From Arenimonas sp. (GTDB taxonomy: Bacteria > Pseudomonadota > Gammaproteobacteria > Xanthomonadales > Xanthomonadaceae): 40,599 bases of DNA. This document shows positions 18,988 through 28,754 of this stretch, piece by piece (position 1 is the first letter of the stretch; every line of letters starts with the position of its first letter). The notes below the pieces were generated by a model that saw nothing but the letters and a program-made list of their open reading frames with translations, had not been told where the DNA came from and did not search any database. The stretch spans positions 1 to 40,599 of the forward strand of contig NZ_JAIBFH010000435.1 of assembly GCF_019459675.1 (NCBI RefSeq), read 5' to 3'. The position numbers and the translations under genes are program-made.

Positions 18988-19485
18988 TCAGGACAGCGCC
19001 GACGTCTCTTCAAACGGCATTCGCGTGCCGCCCACCGCGACTATCCCGGCGCCGGCGGCATTGAGATGTTCTTCGTCGCCATCGATCACTACAAGGATGC
19101 GACCGGACTCGACTTCGGCCTCGAACTTGCGGCGCACCGGATCAGGCAGGGCCGATCCCATCATCGCCGACGACCACGTGCCGGCCAGTGCGCCCACCGC
19201 CGCCACGGCGGCTGCGCCGACCAGGGTCATGCCGATCGGCGGAATGGCCACTGCGATCAGCCCGGCCACCAGGCCGGTGGCGCCGCCCACGGCGGCACCC
19301 TGCAGCGCGGCAGGCGCGAAATCGGTGCGGCTGTCGAGCATCCCCTCGGGGATGGCGTCCAGTTCAATGTCGTGGCGTGCGATCAGGGCGATGCCGTCTT
19401 CGGCAATGCCGGCGCGGCGCGCGGCGCCAACGGCTTGCGCGGCTTCGTCCAGGGTGTCGACCAGGTAGACGTGTTTGGTGTTCAT
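18988..19485 (-). CDS. Hypothetical membrane protein with glycine-zipper hairpin (general-stress type)
   Basis: GAAVGGATGLVAG...GALAG hydrophobic hairpin; C-terminal GRILVV; AGAGG RBS. Confidence 0.75.
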   Translation of the reverse strand: MNTKHVYLVDTLDEAAQAVGAARRAGIAEDGIALIARHDIELDAIPEGMLDSRTDFAPAALQGAAVGGATGLVAGLIAVAIPPIGMTLVGAAAVAAVGALAGTWSSAMMGSALPDPVRRKFEAEVESGRILVVIDGDEEHLNAAGAGIVAVGGTRMPFEETSALS

Positions 19486-19602
19486 GGCGGTTGCCTCTGC
19501 GCGCGGATGAAAAGCCAGTGTGCCGTTGTCGTCTTTACGGCAGCGTGAACTGCCTTTACGGCGGACGGGTCGAGCGCCCCGGCCGCCGGAAGGCAGGGTG
19601 AA

Positions 19603-19791
19603 CTATTTGTCGTTGCGGCTTGCGTCGCGCGCTTCATCAGCCGCTTCGCCAATGTTGCGCTGTGCCTTGCCGATGTTCTTTTCGATTTTGCCGGCAACTT
19701 CCTTCGACTTGTTGCCGGTGACCTTGCCGGCCAACTCCTTCACGGTGCCCTTGACCTGGCGCGTGGCGCCTTCGGTTCTGTTCTTGTCCAT
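19603..19791 (-). CDS. CsbD family general stress protein
   Basis: MDKNRTEG..QVKG.VKE..GK.TGN....AGK.EK..GK.Q; AAGGAG RBS. Confidence 0.93.
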   Translation of the reverse strand: MDKNRTEGATRQVKGTVKELAGKVTGNKSKEVAGKIEKNIGKAQRNIGEAADEARDASRNDK

Positions 19792-20081
19792 GGGTTTCTC
19801 CTTTCTGGCTGCGGGGGTGTGCAGCAAGCCCGAGTATCCGCAGCGCGGATGTATGAGAACGCAACGGCGCGCCGCCAGGAACGCTGGCGCAGTGCACGGT
19901 TTTTTCTCAAAGCCCGGCATCGCTCATCCTGCAATGCGCAACGCCCAGGCGCGGCAGGGGCTCATGCGCAATGCAGTGCCACGGTCACTGCAAACTGCCG
20001 GCCTGAGGATTTTTTGCAGGCCCCTGCCGCCCCCGACGCCCCGCTGGCTGCCAGACCCTTCGGTTGGTTAATATCCGGCCA

Positions 20082-21365
20082 ATGAAGTACGACGACGCCG
20101 AATACTGCTTCCTGAACTTTGAAACCGACCTGCCCAATGAGGCAGGCGGGACTCATGCCGGCATGTACCTGGCGTGGGCCGCGCTGAAGGGGCTGCTGGA
20201 CCCGGGTTTCGACGAAGCCACGCTGGCGCCGCTTCGGGCGCGCCAGATTACCGGGTCGCAGCTTTTCTTCGACAAGTGCGACGGCAAGCTGCTGGACGAC
20301 GACCTCAGCGACGTCGGCGACGCGTTTACCGCCAGCTACTACGCCTCGCACTTCCATGCCGACTACCAGCAGGTGTTCCGCGGCGACATGCCCGATGGCG
20401 GCGAAACCACCGACGGCTTCTGCGGCGTGCCCGACACTTGGGAGAACTTCGACCGGTTGGCGCCGGTGCTGGATGAGCGCTTCGAGCATTGGCGCCGTGC
20501 GCGTCTGGCCGCTGTCGCGCCGCCGCCGGCCGCCCCTGCGCTGGCGCCGCGGGCCCTTCCCGAAGACCCTGCCGACGCGGTGCACAAGGTCCGCGCCCGC
20601 GCCCAGGGCGGCGACGACGGGGCCTGGTTCGACCTTGGCGTGGAATACATCACCGGCCAGCGCGTACCCCAGGACATGGCCAAGGCCGCCGATGCCTTCA
20701 CCCGTGGCGCCGAGCGCGGCGACGTGGAATGCCAGTTCAATCTTGGCGTGTGCTTCCAGCACGGTGATGGGCGGCCGCAGGATGCGGCGCGCGCGCTGCA
20801 CTGGTTCAGCCAGGCGGCCAACGGTGGGCATGGCGAAGCTACGTTCCAACTGGGGCAGGCGTATCGAAACGGCAGCGGCGTGCCGCAGGACCTGCTGGCC
20901 GCCAATGCGCTGATGCTGCTGGCGCAGTCGCGTGGCTCGGCCGATGCCCGAAAGGCCGGCATCACTGCGGGCACGCTGCTGGATGCGACGTTGCTGCTGG
21001 ACCAGATCCGTCAGCCGCACCAGCTGCTGCCCACGCTGGCGCAGCGACGCGGATCCGCGGCGGCTCCCGGCCGGGCCGGCGAGGGCCGCGTCGGCGGTGC
21101 GCCAGTAATCGCGCTGCTGGTCGGCGCCGGCAGCTTCATCCTGCTGCTGTTGGCCACGTCCTTCGCCAAGGGCACGGCCCTGCAGGCGCTGGCCTTGCTG
21201 CTGGGCGCGGTGTCGGCCTTCGGTGCCTACCGCTGCAGCCTGGGCCTGGGGAAGTCTGGCCCGGTGGCGATGCTGCTGGGCGTGCTGGCCTTCGTGCCGG
21301 TCCTGGGCTCGTTCGTTTGCCTGGGGCTTTTGCTGCAGATTTACCGGCAGCACCGGCCAGGCTGA
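20082..21365 (+). CDS. Sel1-like repeat membrane protein with an N-terminal conserved domain of unknown function
   Basis: N-terminal KYDDA..HAGMYLAWA..CDGKL...YY domain; about 3 Sel1 repeats (CQFNLG..FQHGDGRPQD..AL.WF.QAA..G); 3-4 C-terminal TM helices. Confidence 0.8.
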   Translation: MKYDDAEYCFLNFETDLPNEAGGTHAGMYLAWAALKGLLDPGFDEATLAPLRARQITGSQLFFDKCDGKLLDDDLSDVGDAFTASYYASHFHADYQQVFRGDMPDGGETTDGFCGVPDTWENFDRLAPVLDERFEHWRRARLAAVAPPPAAPALAPRALPEDPADAVHKVRARAQGGDDGAWFDLGVEYITGQRVPQDMAKAADAFTRGAERGDVECQFNLGVCFQHGDGRPQDAARALHWFSQAANGGHGEATFQLGQAYRNGSGVPQDLLAANALMLLAQSRGSADARKAGITAGTLLDATLLLDQIRQPHQLLPTLAQRRGSAAAPGRAGEGRVGGAPVIALLVGAGSFILLLLATSFAKGTALQALALLLGAVSAFGAYRCSLGLGKSGPVAMLLGVLAFVPVLGSFVCLGLLLQIYRQHRPG

Positions 21366-21506
21366 GGCTTGCGCCGGACCATAACGGCCGGCATGTCGCC
21401 GGGCGATTGAGTGGACGGCTACGCGGATGTGAAGGGACTATTTCTGATTGTCCGGTCCGGATGCGGCACTTAGACTCCCGGGACCATTTGCCCCCACGGA
21501 TCCCGC

Positions 21507-24500
21507 ATGTCGAGCTGGCGCAAGCTGCACCTCCCGTCCACGGCATGGCTGGCCGCTGCGCTGCTGCTGGCCTTGGCCGCGGTTCCGGCCCGCGCCGCGG
21601 GCGAACGCCATGACCTTGCCTACGCCTGGAGCGTGGCGACGATCGACAGCGGCTTCGGTCAGCGCGAATGGGTGGAATCCGGTGATTTCGACCTCGATGG
21701 TCGCCTTGACCTGGTCACCCTGGCCAACAACTGGACCGACGTGCGGCTGGTGTTCCTGTTCCAGCGCGCCGACGGGCAGGCGCCTGAGCCGCAGGAGTTC
21801 GTGCTGTCGGCGCTTTCGCCCGGCAAGGCAGTGGTCGGGCTGGCCACGGCTGACCTGAACCGGGACGGCAGGCCGGAAGTGCTGGTGTCCACCACCCAAG
21901 GCTTGGTGGTGGCGCGTATCGGTGCCGGCCGCACTTTCGCCAACACCAGCTACCAGGCCGACCGGCGCGTGGCGCTGTCGCCGCCGGTGGCCATGGACGT
22001 TGACGGGGACAGCCATGTTGACGTGGTGCAGAGCGAGCGCTCGGACGCTGGCAACACGCCGGCCGAGATCGTCATCCGGTATGGCGACGGCACTGGCGCG
22101 CTGCCGCGCACCCGCATCATCCCGACGGGCAAGAGCCGCTTCTTCCGCCTCGAGGCGGGCGACATCAACGGCGACGGTGCAGTCGATCTGGTCGGCCTGC
22201 TCTCGCCGCAGTTCCCCATGGCTGCGTATCCGGTCGCCATCCTCTTCGGTGACGGTACGGGCGGCTTTGCCGGCCCGGACACGTCGGCGGCTCGTCGCAA
22301 CTATTCCGACGTCGCCGTCCTCGATTTCAACGGCGACGGCCGCGACGACGTGATGATGGCCAACCCGTCGTTCACCGAGTTCTTCTCTTCGTCCGTGCTC
22401 ACTGAAAGCCATGTGTTCGTGCAGGATGCCGGCGGGCAGCTGTCTGCCCCCGTTCGCATCGCGCTGCCGGCGCGTGCGCGCACTTTCGACTACGTCGACC
22501 TCGACGGCGACGGCCAGCGCGACCTGGCCAACGTGTCCAACAATGAGCGGGCGCGCATCGGCATGCGCCTGAATCGCGCCGGGAATTTCGAACCGCTGCG
22601 CGAGTTCGCGGTGTCAGATTCGCCCGCCACCTTCGGGCCCCAGTCGACGTTCGGGCGGGACAGCGTCGTGTATGGCGATTTCAACGGTGACGGCATCACC
22701 GATGCCGCCGTGGCCGGTTTCGACGGGCGAATCGTGCTGATGGCGGGCCGCCGCGTCCCGTGGGCCACCAACGTCAGTCCACCCGGCGCGCCCCGGGCCG
22801 TGACGGCGGTGTTCGAAGGTCTGGGCACCTTCGTAAGGGTCGGTTTCCAGCCGCCCGCTTCGGACGGCGGAAGCCCGATCACCCGTTACGAAGTGGTGGG
22901 TGACCCTGGCGGTGCCGTGTTCGATCCGTCTTCCGAAAGTGACCCGCTTTCGCTCTCGCGCCGGGTGGCTGGCCAGGTGAACGGGGGCCAGTATCGGTAC
23001 TTCGTGCGGGCTTACAACGCCGCTGGCCCCGGCCCGCTTTCCCAGGCATCGGGCGTCGTGCAGGTGCTCACCCTGCCGACGATGCTGGCCGGCGTGGCGC
23101 AGGTCCGCGAGCCCGACAGCGGCACCCGGATTCTTCGCTTCCGGCTCGAGGTGAATGGCGAAGTCCTGGCGGGCGGCGCCAGTTTCGACGCCAGGACCGT
23201 GGACGGCACGGCGCAGGCCGGCCTGGACTACGAGCCGCTCACCCTGACCGGCATCCGCATCCCCGAGGGCGGGAATTCAGCCACCGTGGACGTCACGGTG
23301 CTGGCCGATGACCTCGTGGAGTCGACGGAATTCCTCAGCCTGCAGATCAGCAACACGGTGGGGCTGCGAAGCGTGGGCAGCTTCGGCGGCGCCATCGAAG
23401 ATTCGGACGGCCCGCCCGATCCTCCGACGCTCCGGGTGGGTGAAGCGTCGGTGCTGGAGGGCAACAGCGGGAGCACGGTTCTGCGCTTCCCGCTTTCCCT
23501 GTCGGCGGCCGCGGCCAACAACGTCACGTTCAATGCGGCCACCCGGGATATCAGTGCTACCGAAGGTGTCGACTACACGGGCGTGAGCCGCCAAGTGGTG
23601 ATTCCGGCGGGCCAGGTCGCAGGGTGGTTCGACGTGCCGGTGACGCCGGACGTGGAGGACGAATTCGATGAGGCCCTTGTCCTGGACTACACCAACGTGG
23701 TCGGGGCTTACACCCTCTCCGACCAGGCCATCGGCAGGATCCTTGATGACGACGTGGACCGTGGCAACGTGTCCGAGCCGTTCCTGGCCGAAGCCGAGAA
23801 AGGATATGTGGACATCGAACGGCCAGCGCTCTTCGCGGAGACTGCGCTGTTGAGCGGCACCCAGATGATCGTGCCCGGCTCGCGCCAGGCCGTGCTTGCC
23901 CAGGACCCGACCCCGCTGCTGCCGTTTGATTCGCTGTCCGGCGGCGTCACGTGGACTTCCGTGGCGGTGCCGGCCAACCCCACCGCCACGGCGGTGGAGG
24001 TGCGCGTGCTGGCTGTCGCGGAATCCGCCACCGTGGGCAGCCTGTCGCTGTTCGTCGGCCCCGGCAACACGCCGTCCGCCGGCGCGGTCGCCTGCCGCAG
24101 GGACAGTGGCCTGGCGCGCGACCTGTGCGAGCTGGTGCTGCGCCGCGAGCCGTTCGCGCCGGAAACGCGCTACTGGGCGTTGGTGCAGAATACGCGCGCC
24201 GGCGGCACCGGCACCGACCTGATCGATCTGGAACTGGGCGCGGTGGCCATGGTTCCGGTCAATCGCGAGCTGGTGGCCAGCGCCCAGGCCCGCATGTCGG
24301 GCATGCTTGTCCCGATTCGGCTCGGCTGGGACATTCCGAGCCTGCTGCCGGGCGAGCGTCGCCTGGGCTACCTGATGATCGCCTCGGCGCCCGGCCAGAT
24401 GATCTACAACGAGCCGATCCGCCTTCATCGCAACGGCGCCATCGACGCGCCGCACGTGCTGGCGCCGGGCGAGCGGCGCGACGTGCGTCTGGCGGCGGGA

Positions 24501-25565
24501 GATGCGCAGGAGCGCATTGTGTTCGACGTGCCGGTGAACGCGCAGTCGGTCACCTTCACGTTGGAAGGGCAGGGCGAAGTCAGCCTGTTCGCGTCGCACA
24601 GCGCGCAGCCGTCTTCCCCGACGATCGCGCCGGCACCGGCGCGTGGGTTGGCCGACGCGGTGTCGTCGCTTCCGGGCGCGGCCCAGTCCATCACGCTGTC
24701 GGGTTCGCAGCTCAAGAAAGGTCGCTGGTACCTCACGCCGGCCAACCGCAGCGCGACGCCCGCTTCGGTGACGCTGAGCGCGAGGGTGGTGCCGCAGGGC
24801 GCGCGGCCGGCGTTCCGCCCGGGCCACTACTTCAACCCGGCTCGCCCTGGCCACGGTCTGTTCCTGGATTTCGCGGGCGACCAGTGGCTGATGGTCTGGT
24901 ACACCTACCTGCAGGACGGCACCGCCACCTGGTACTACACCCAGGCGCCTGCGCCCGCCGCCGACCAGGCCCAGTGGCCCGTGGACCTGCTGCGCGTCAG
25001 CCGCGGCGAAACCACGCGCGCGGTGCGCGTCGGCTCGGCCACGCTGACCGTGCTTGAGGGCGCGGCGGGTGTTTCTCCCAAGCTTGCGTTCGGCTACAAC
25101 CTCGACGGCGATGCCGGGTGGGAAACGCTTACGCGCCTGGGCGACGACCAGTGCCCGATGATGGCCGGGCAGAGGCTCGATGCCAGCGGCCACTGGTTCT
25201 CGCCGGAGGAACCGGGCCATGGCTTCAGCGCGCAGATCCTGCCCAACACGGAAATCTACGCGGCCTATGTCTACGACGAGAACGGCTTCCCGCGCTGGCT
25301 GATCGGGCAGAAGGACTACCAGCCTTCGGTGACGGCGGTGACCCTGCAGATGCTCGAGGGCTTCTGCCCCACGTGTCCGCTGGTGCCACTGCAGTCCAGG
25401 TCGGTGGGCGTGCTTACGCGCACGCTGGGCGCGTCTGCGGTGGAGGGTGGCCAGCCCGCCATCACGTCCATCGCGGTGGATGCCGTCTACGAACCCATCT
25501 TCTGGGGCGAGTTCGTGGCCGACAGGCCGATCTTCCGCCTGTCCGCACGCAAAGGCTGCGACTGA
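21507..25565 (+). CDS. Large secreted FG-GAP/VCBS + FN3 + 2x Calx-beta protein
   Basis: Signal peptide; about 7 DxDxDG repeats (GDFDLDG, ADLNRDG, GDINGDG, DFNGDG); FN3 (PPASDGGSPIT.Y, Y..VRAYNAAG.GP.S); two Calx-beta domains (TVDGTA.AG.DY, EGNSG...DEFDE); two C-terminal repeats. Confidence 0.88.
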   Translation: MSSWRKLHLPSTAWLAAALLLALAAVPARAAGERHDLAYAWSVATIDSGFGQREWVESGDFDLDGRLDLVTLANNWTDVRLVFLFQRADGQAPEPQEFVLSALSPGKAVVGLATADLNRDGRPEVLVSTTQGLVVARIGAGRTFANTSYQADRRVALSPPVAMDVDGDSHVDVVQSERSDAGNTPAEIVIRYGDGTGALPRTRIIPTGKSRFFRLEAGDINGDGAVDLVGLLSPQFPMAAYPVAILFGDGTGGFAGPDTSAARRNYSDVAVLDFNGDGRDDVMMANPSFTEFFSSSVLTESHVFVQDAGGQLSAPVRIALPARARTFDYVDLDGDGQRDLANVSNNERARIGMRLNRAGNFEPLREFAVSDSPATFGPQSTFGRDSVVYGDFNGDGITDAAVAGFDGRIVLMAGRRVPWATNVSPPGAPRAVTAVFEGLGTFVRVGFQPPASDGGSPITRYEVVGDPGGAVFDPSSESDPLSLSRRVAGQVNGGQYRYFVRAYNAAGPGPLSQASGVVQVLTLPTMLAGVAQVREPDSGTRILRFRLEVNGEVLAGGASFDARTVDGTAQAGLDYEPLTLTGIRIPEGGNSATVDVTVLADDLVESTEFLSLQISNTVGLRSVGSFGGAIEDSDGPPDPPTLRVGEASVLEGNSGSTVLRFPLSLSAAAANNVTFNAATRDISATEGVDYTGVSRQVVIPAGQVAGWFDVPVTPDVEDEFDEALVLDYTNVVGAYTLSDQAIGRILDDDVDRGNVSEPFLAEAEKGYVDIERPALFAETALLSGTQMIVPGSRQAVLAQDPTPLLPFDSLSGGVTWTSVAVPANPTATAVEVRVLAVAESATVGSLSLFVGPGNTPSAGAVACRRDSGLARDLCELVLRREPFAPETRYWALVQNTRAGGTGTDLIDLELGAVAMVPVNRELVASAQARMSGMLVPIRLGWDIPSLLPGERRLGYLMIASAPGQMIYNEPIRLHRNGAIDAPHVLAPGERRDVRLAAGDAQERIVFDVPVNAQSVTFTLEGQGEVSLFASHSAQPSSPTIAPAPARGLADAVSSLPGAAQSITLSGSQLKKGRWYLTPANRSATPASVTLSARVVPQGARPAFRPGHYFNPARPGHGLFLDFAGDQWLMVWYTYLQDGTATWYYTQAPAPAADQAQWPVDLLRVSRGETTRAVRVGSATLTVLEGAAGVSPKLAFGYNLDGDAGWETLTRLGDDQCPMMAGQRLDASGHWFSPEEPGHGFSAQILPNTEIYAAYVYDENGFPRWLIGQKDYQPSVTAVTLQMLEGFCPTCPLVPLQSRSVGVLTRTLGASAVEGGQPAITSIAVDAVYEPIFWGEFVADRPIFRLSARKGCD

Positions 25566-25670
25566 TCCACGGGCCGACCGCATGCCAAGGGGTCTGCGGC
25601 CACCTGTGATCTTGTAAGCCACCGGGCGATCGAGCACAGTCCGGGGATCGAACTGGCCCAGGAGCGGCAC

Positions 25671-27689
25671 ATGCGTTTTGCATCAGGAATGGCGGTGTTG
25701 CTGTTGATCCCGGGCCTGGCGCTTGCCGCCACCACCGAAGAAAAGTTCAGCGTGGTGACCGGTGGCAACAAGGTCGGCCATCTGGTGGCTAGGCACGACG
25801 GCGACAGGGTCACGATTGAATTCGACGTCAAGAACAACGGCCGCGGCCCCACCATCGCCGAGACGCTGCAGCTCGACGCCGGCGGCCTGCCCACGCAGTG
25901 GACCATCACCGGCGCCACCACCTTTGGAAGCAAGGTGGACGAGCGCTTCGCGCTGGCCGACGGCCAGGCCGCCTGGAAGGACTCCGTGGGCGAGGGCAGC
26001 GCCAAGGTCACCGAGCCCAGCCTTTACATCGGCCAGGCCGCCAGCCCTTGGTCGCTGGGGCTTTATGCCCGGGTACTGCTGAAGGACGCCAACCGCACGC
26101 TGCCGGCCCTGCCGGGCGGTGAAGTGCGGGTGGTCGTGGGCGAACCGCTGTCGGTAACCGACGGCAAACAGGCCATCACCGTGCGCGTGCACGCCGTCAG
26201 TGGGTTGGAGTACGCGCCTGACTATGTGCTGCTGGACGAAAAGCAGGCCCTGTTCGCGGTGGTTTCACCGGGCAGCGTGGTGGTGCGCGAAGGCTTCGAG
26301 GGCGAACAGGTGCGTCTGCGCCAAATGGCCGCCGACCTGAGCACGCAGCGCCTGGAACAAATACAGAAGCTCACCGCGCACCGCTACGGCGCGCCGGTGC
26401 GCTTCCGCAACGTGCGCATCTTCGATCCGCAGGAGCTGGCGCTGTCGGCGCCGGTCAGCGTGGTGATCAACGGCCGCCACATCAGCAGCATCCAGTCCAT
26501 CGACAGTGCGGTGTCGCCGGGCGAGGTGCTGGTGGAGGGCGAGGGCGGCACCCTGGTTGCCGGGCTGTACGAAATGCACGGCCACACCGGGCAGGAAGGT
26601 GCGCTGCTGAACGTCGCGGCCGGCGTCACCACGGTGCGCGACATGGGCAACGACAACGCGGTGCTGGACGCGCTGATCGCCCGCATCGAGGCCGGCGCCA
26701 TCGGCGGCCCGCGCATCCACCGCAGCGGCTTCATCGAGGGCAAGAGCCCGTTCAATTCCAACAACGGCATCCTGGTCGACAGCGAGGCCGAGACCCTGGC
26801 CGCCGTGCGCTGGTACGCCGCGCGCGGCTACGGCCAGGTGAAGCTGTACAACAGCATGAAGCCCGAATGGTCGGCCATCGCCGCCACCGAAGCCCATCGC
26901 CTTGGGCTGCGCGTGGCGGGCCACGTGCCGGCCTTTTCCAACGCCGATGCGATGGTGGATGCCGGCTACGACGAGCTCACCCACATCAACCAGATCGCAC
27001 TGGGCTGGGTGATCAAGCCCGAAGAAGACACGCGCACCCTGTTCCGCCTGACCGCCCTCAAGCGGCTGGCCACGCTGGACCTGCAGTCGGCGCCGGTGCA
27101 GCGCACGCTGGCCCACATCGCCGACCGCAAGGTGGCGGTGGAGCCCACCATCGCCATCCACGAGAACCTGCTGCTCAACCGCGGCGGTGCCGTGCCGCAG
27201 GGTGCGGTGGACTACATCGACAACCTGCCGGTGGGTGAACAGCGCAGCGCGCGCCAAGGCTGGGCCGACATGTCCGCGCCCGGCGATGCCGAGGCGTACG
27301 CCGTGGCCTACACCAAGCTGATGGACACGCTTCGGCAGATGCGCGAGCGCGGCATCCTGCTGATTCCGGGCACCGACCTGGGCGGCTCGTTCACCTTCCA
27401 TCGCGAACTCGAACTGTTCAACCAGCTGGGCTACACGCCGGCCGAAGTGCTGCGCCTGGCCACCTGGGACATGGCCATGTACCTCGGCCAGAACCAGAGC
27501 ACGGGCTCGATCGAGAAGGGCAAGCTGGCCGATTTCTTCCTGGTGCCGGGCGACCCCACCGCCGACCTCAAGGCCATCAAGACCATTCGCGCGGTGGTGA
27601 AGGACGGCACGGTGTACTACCCGTCCGAGATTTACCCGCACTTCGGTATCAAGCCTTTCGCCACCGCTCCCAAAGTCACGCTGCCATAA
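25671..27689 (+). CDS. Secreted metal-dependent amidohydrolase family protein
   Basis: Signal peptide; GLYEMHGH, GVTTVRDMG, VKLY, GHVP, THINQ, PGTD, GSIEKGKLAD; AGGAG RBS. Confidence 0.9.
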   Translation: MRFASGMAVLLLIPGLALAATTEEKFSVVTGGNKVGHLVARHDGDRVTIEFDVKNNGRGPTIAETLQLDAGGLPTQWTITGATTFGSKVDERFALADGQAAWKDSVGEGSAKVTEPSLYIGQAASPWSLGLYARVLLKDANRTLPALPGGEVRVVVGEPLSVTDGKQAITVRVHAVSGLEYAPDYVLLDEKQALFAVVSPGSVVVREGFEGEQVRLRQMAADLSTQRLEQIQKLTAHRYGAPVRFRNVRIFDPQELALSAPVSVVINGRHISSIQSIDSAVSPGEVLVEGEGGTLVAGLYEMHGHTGQEGALLNVAAGVTTVRDMGNDNAVLDALIARIEAGAIGGPRIHRSGFIEGKSPFNSNNGILVDSEAETLAAVRWYAARGYGQVKLYNSMKPEWSAIAATEAHRLGLRVAGHVPAFSNADAMVDAGYDELTHINQIALGWVIKPEEDTRTLFRLTALKRLATLDLQSAPVQRTLAHIADRKVAVEPTIAIHENLLLNRGGAVPQGAVDYIDNLPVGEQRSARQGWADMSAPGDAEAYAVAYTKLMDTLRQMRERGILLIPGTDLGGSFTFHRELELFNQLGYTPAEVLRLATWDMAMYLGQNQSTGSIEKGKLADFFLVPGDPTADLKAIKTIRAVVKDGTVYYPSEIYPHFGIKPFATAPKVTLP

Positions 27690-27738
27690 GGTTGCGCGCC
27701 GGCTTGCGAAGCGTATTGCCGGTCTTGCGCTGGCGGCC

Positions 27739-28590
27739 TCAGGACGCCAGCCGCGCCACCACGAAATCGATCAGCGCGCGCAGCCGCGCCAGGCGCCGCA
27801 GGTCGCGGTGATAGCCCAGCCAGGTGTCGCGGCCGGGCGGGTCTTCGCCCAGGTCCAGGCGCTCCAGACCAGGCAGCCGGGCGCCCAGCGGGCGCGGCAG
27901 CACGCACACGCCGGCCCCCTGCAGGCATAGCCGCGCCTGCACGTCGCGGTTGTTGCTGCGCAGCGCTACGTGCGCGTGCGGCAGCAGCGTTTGCAGCCAG
28001 CTGTCGTCGGGCGCGCCCGAGAACGCCGAGTCCAGTGCGATCAGCGCCGTGCCGCGGCCGTCGCCACGCTCGGGCCGGGGGGCGCCCGCGCGCTGGTAGG
28101 CGGCGTAGGGAATGTGCATCAGCCTGCTGGCCACCACGTCGGGCTCGGTGAAGCGCCGGATGCGGAAGGCCAGGTCGGCTTCGCGGCGCGACAGGCTGAG
28201 GAAACGCGCATCGGTGATCAGTTCCACCATCACGCGCGGATGCAGGCGCGAGAAATCCGCCAGCACCGGGGCCAGCAGGGTCACGCCGAACCAGTCCGAG
28301 CTGGTCACGCGCAGCGGGCCCTCGAGCTGCTGGGCCTGGCCTGCGAGTTCCCGTTCGATGGCCAGCGCCTCGGCCTCCATGCGCTCGGCGTGGCGCAGCA
28401 CCGCGCCGCCCTCTTCGGTGAGCACGAAGCCCTCGGCGGTGCGGCGGAACAGCGGGTGGCCGATGGCCGCTTCCAGCGCACGCAGGCGGCGGCCCATGGT
28501 GGGCTGGGTCTGCGCCAGCGTGCGGGCGGCGGCGCCCAGCTTGCCCTCGCGGGCAATGGCCAGGAACACACGCAGGTCGCTCCAGTCCAT
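27739..28590 (-). CDS. LysR-family transcriptional regulator
   Basis: MDWSDLRVFLAIAREG.L.AAA..L...QPT.GRRL..LE; LSRREADLAFR. Confidence 0.95.
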   Translation of the reverse strand: MDWSDLRVFLAIAREGKLGAAARTLAQTQPTMGRRLRALEAAIGHPLFRRTAEGFVLTEEGGAVLRHAERMEAEALAIERELAGQAQQLEGPLRVTSSDWFGVTLLAPVLADFSRLHPRVMVELITDARFLSLSRREADLAFRIRRFTEPDVVASRLMHIPYAAYQRAGAPRPERGDGRGTALIALDSAFSGAPDDSWLQTLLPHAHVALRSNNRDVQARLCLQGAGVCVLPRPLGARLPGLERLDLGEDPPGRDTWLGYHRDLRRLARLRALIDFVVARLAS

Positions 28591-28611
28591 CGCGCATTCC
28601 GTGCCGAAAGT

Positions 28612-28629
28612 CCATGCAATTATGCATGG
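28612..28629. promoter_or_regulatory. Inverted repeat, likely LysR binding site
   Basis: CCATGCA-ATTA-TGCATGG, 22 nt upstream of the LysR start, in the divergent intergenic region. Confidence 0.55.
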
Positions 28630-28754
28630 GCATCGTGCCGTTATGGCGGTATCCATGCTTCGATGCCGCCGATACCGTGGCCGTGCCGACGCCACCGTGC
28701 CGGCGCGTGCCGCCGCGATCCGGCGAAAGGAAACCCAAGGTGTCGACAGGGAAG

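Noticed and set aside
19967-19981. Minus-strand TGGCACTGCATTGCG as a sigma-54 promoter for csbD
   Set aside because: N9 spacing, and far from the start codon. Better explained as part of the TGC-N5-GCA motif.
23277-25670. Long antisense ORFs (also 32548-34671, 8710-10242, 26265-27641, 16015-17565)
   Set aside because: Shadow frames of well-supported genes in high-GC DNA, with no recognisable motifs.
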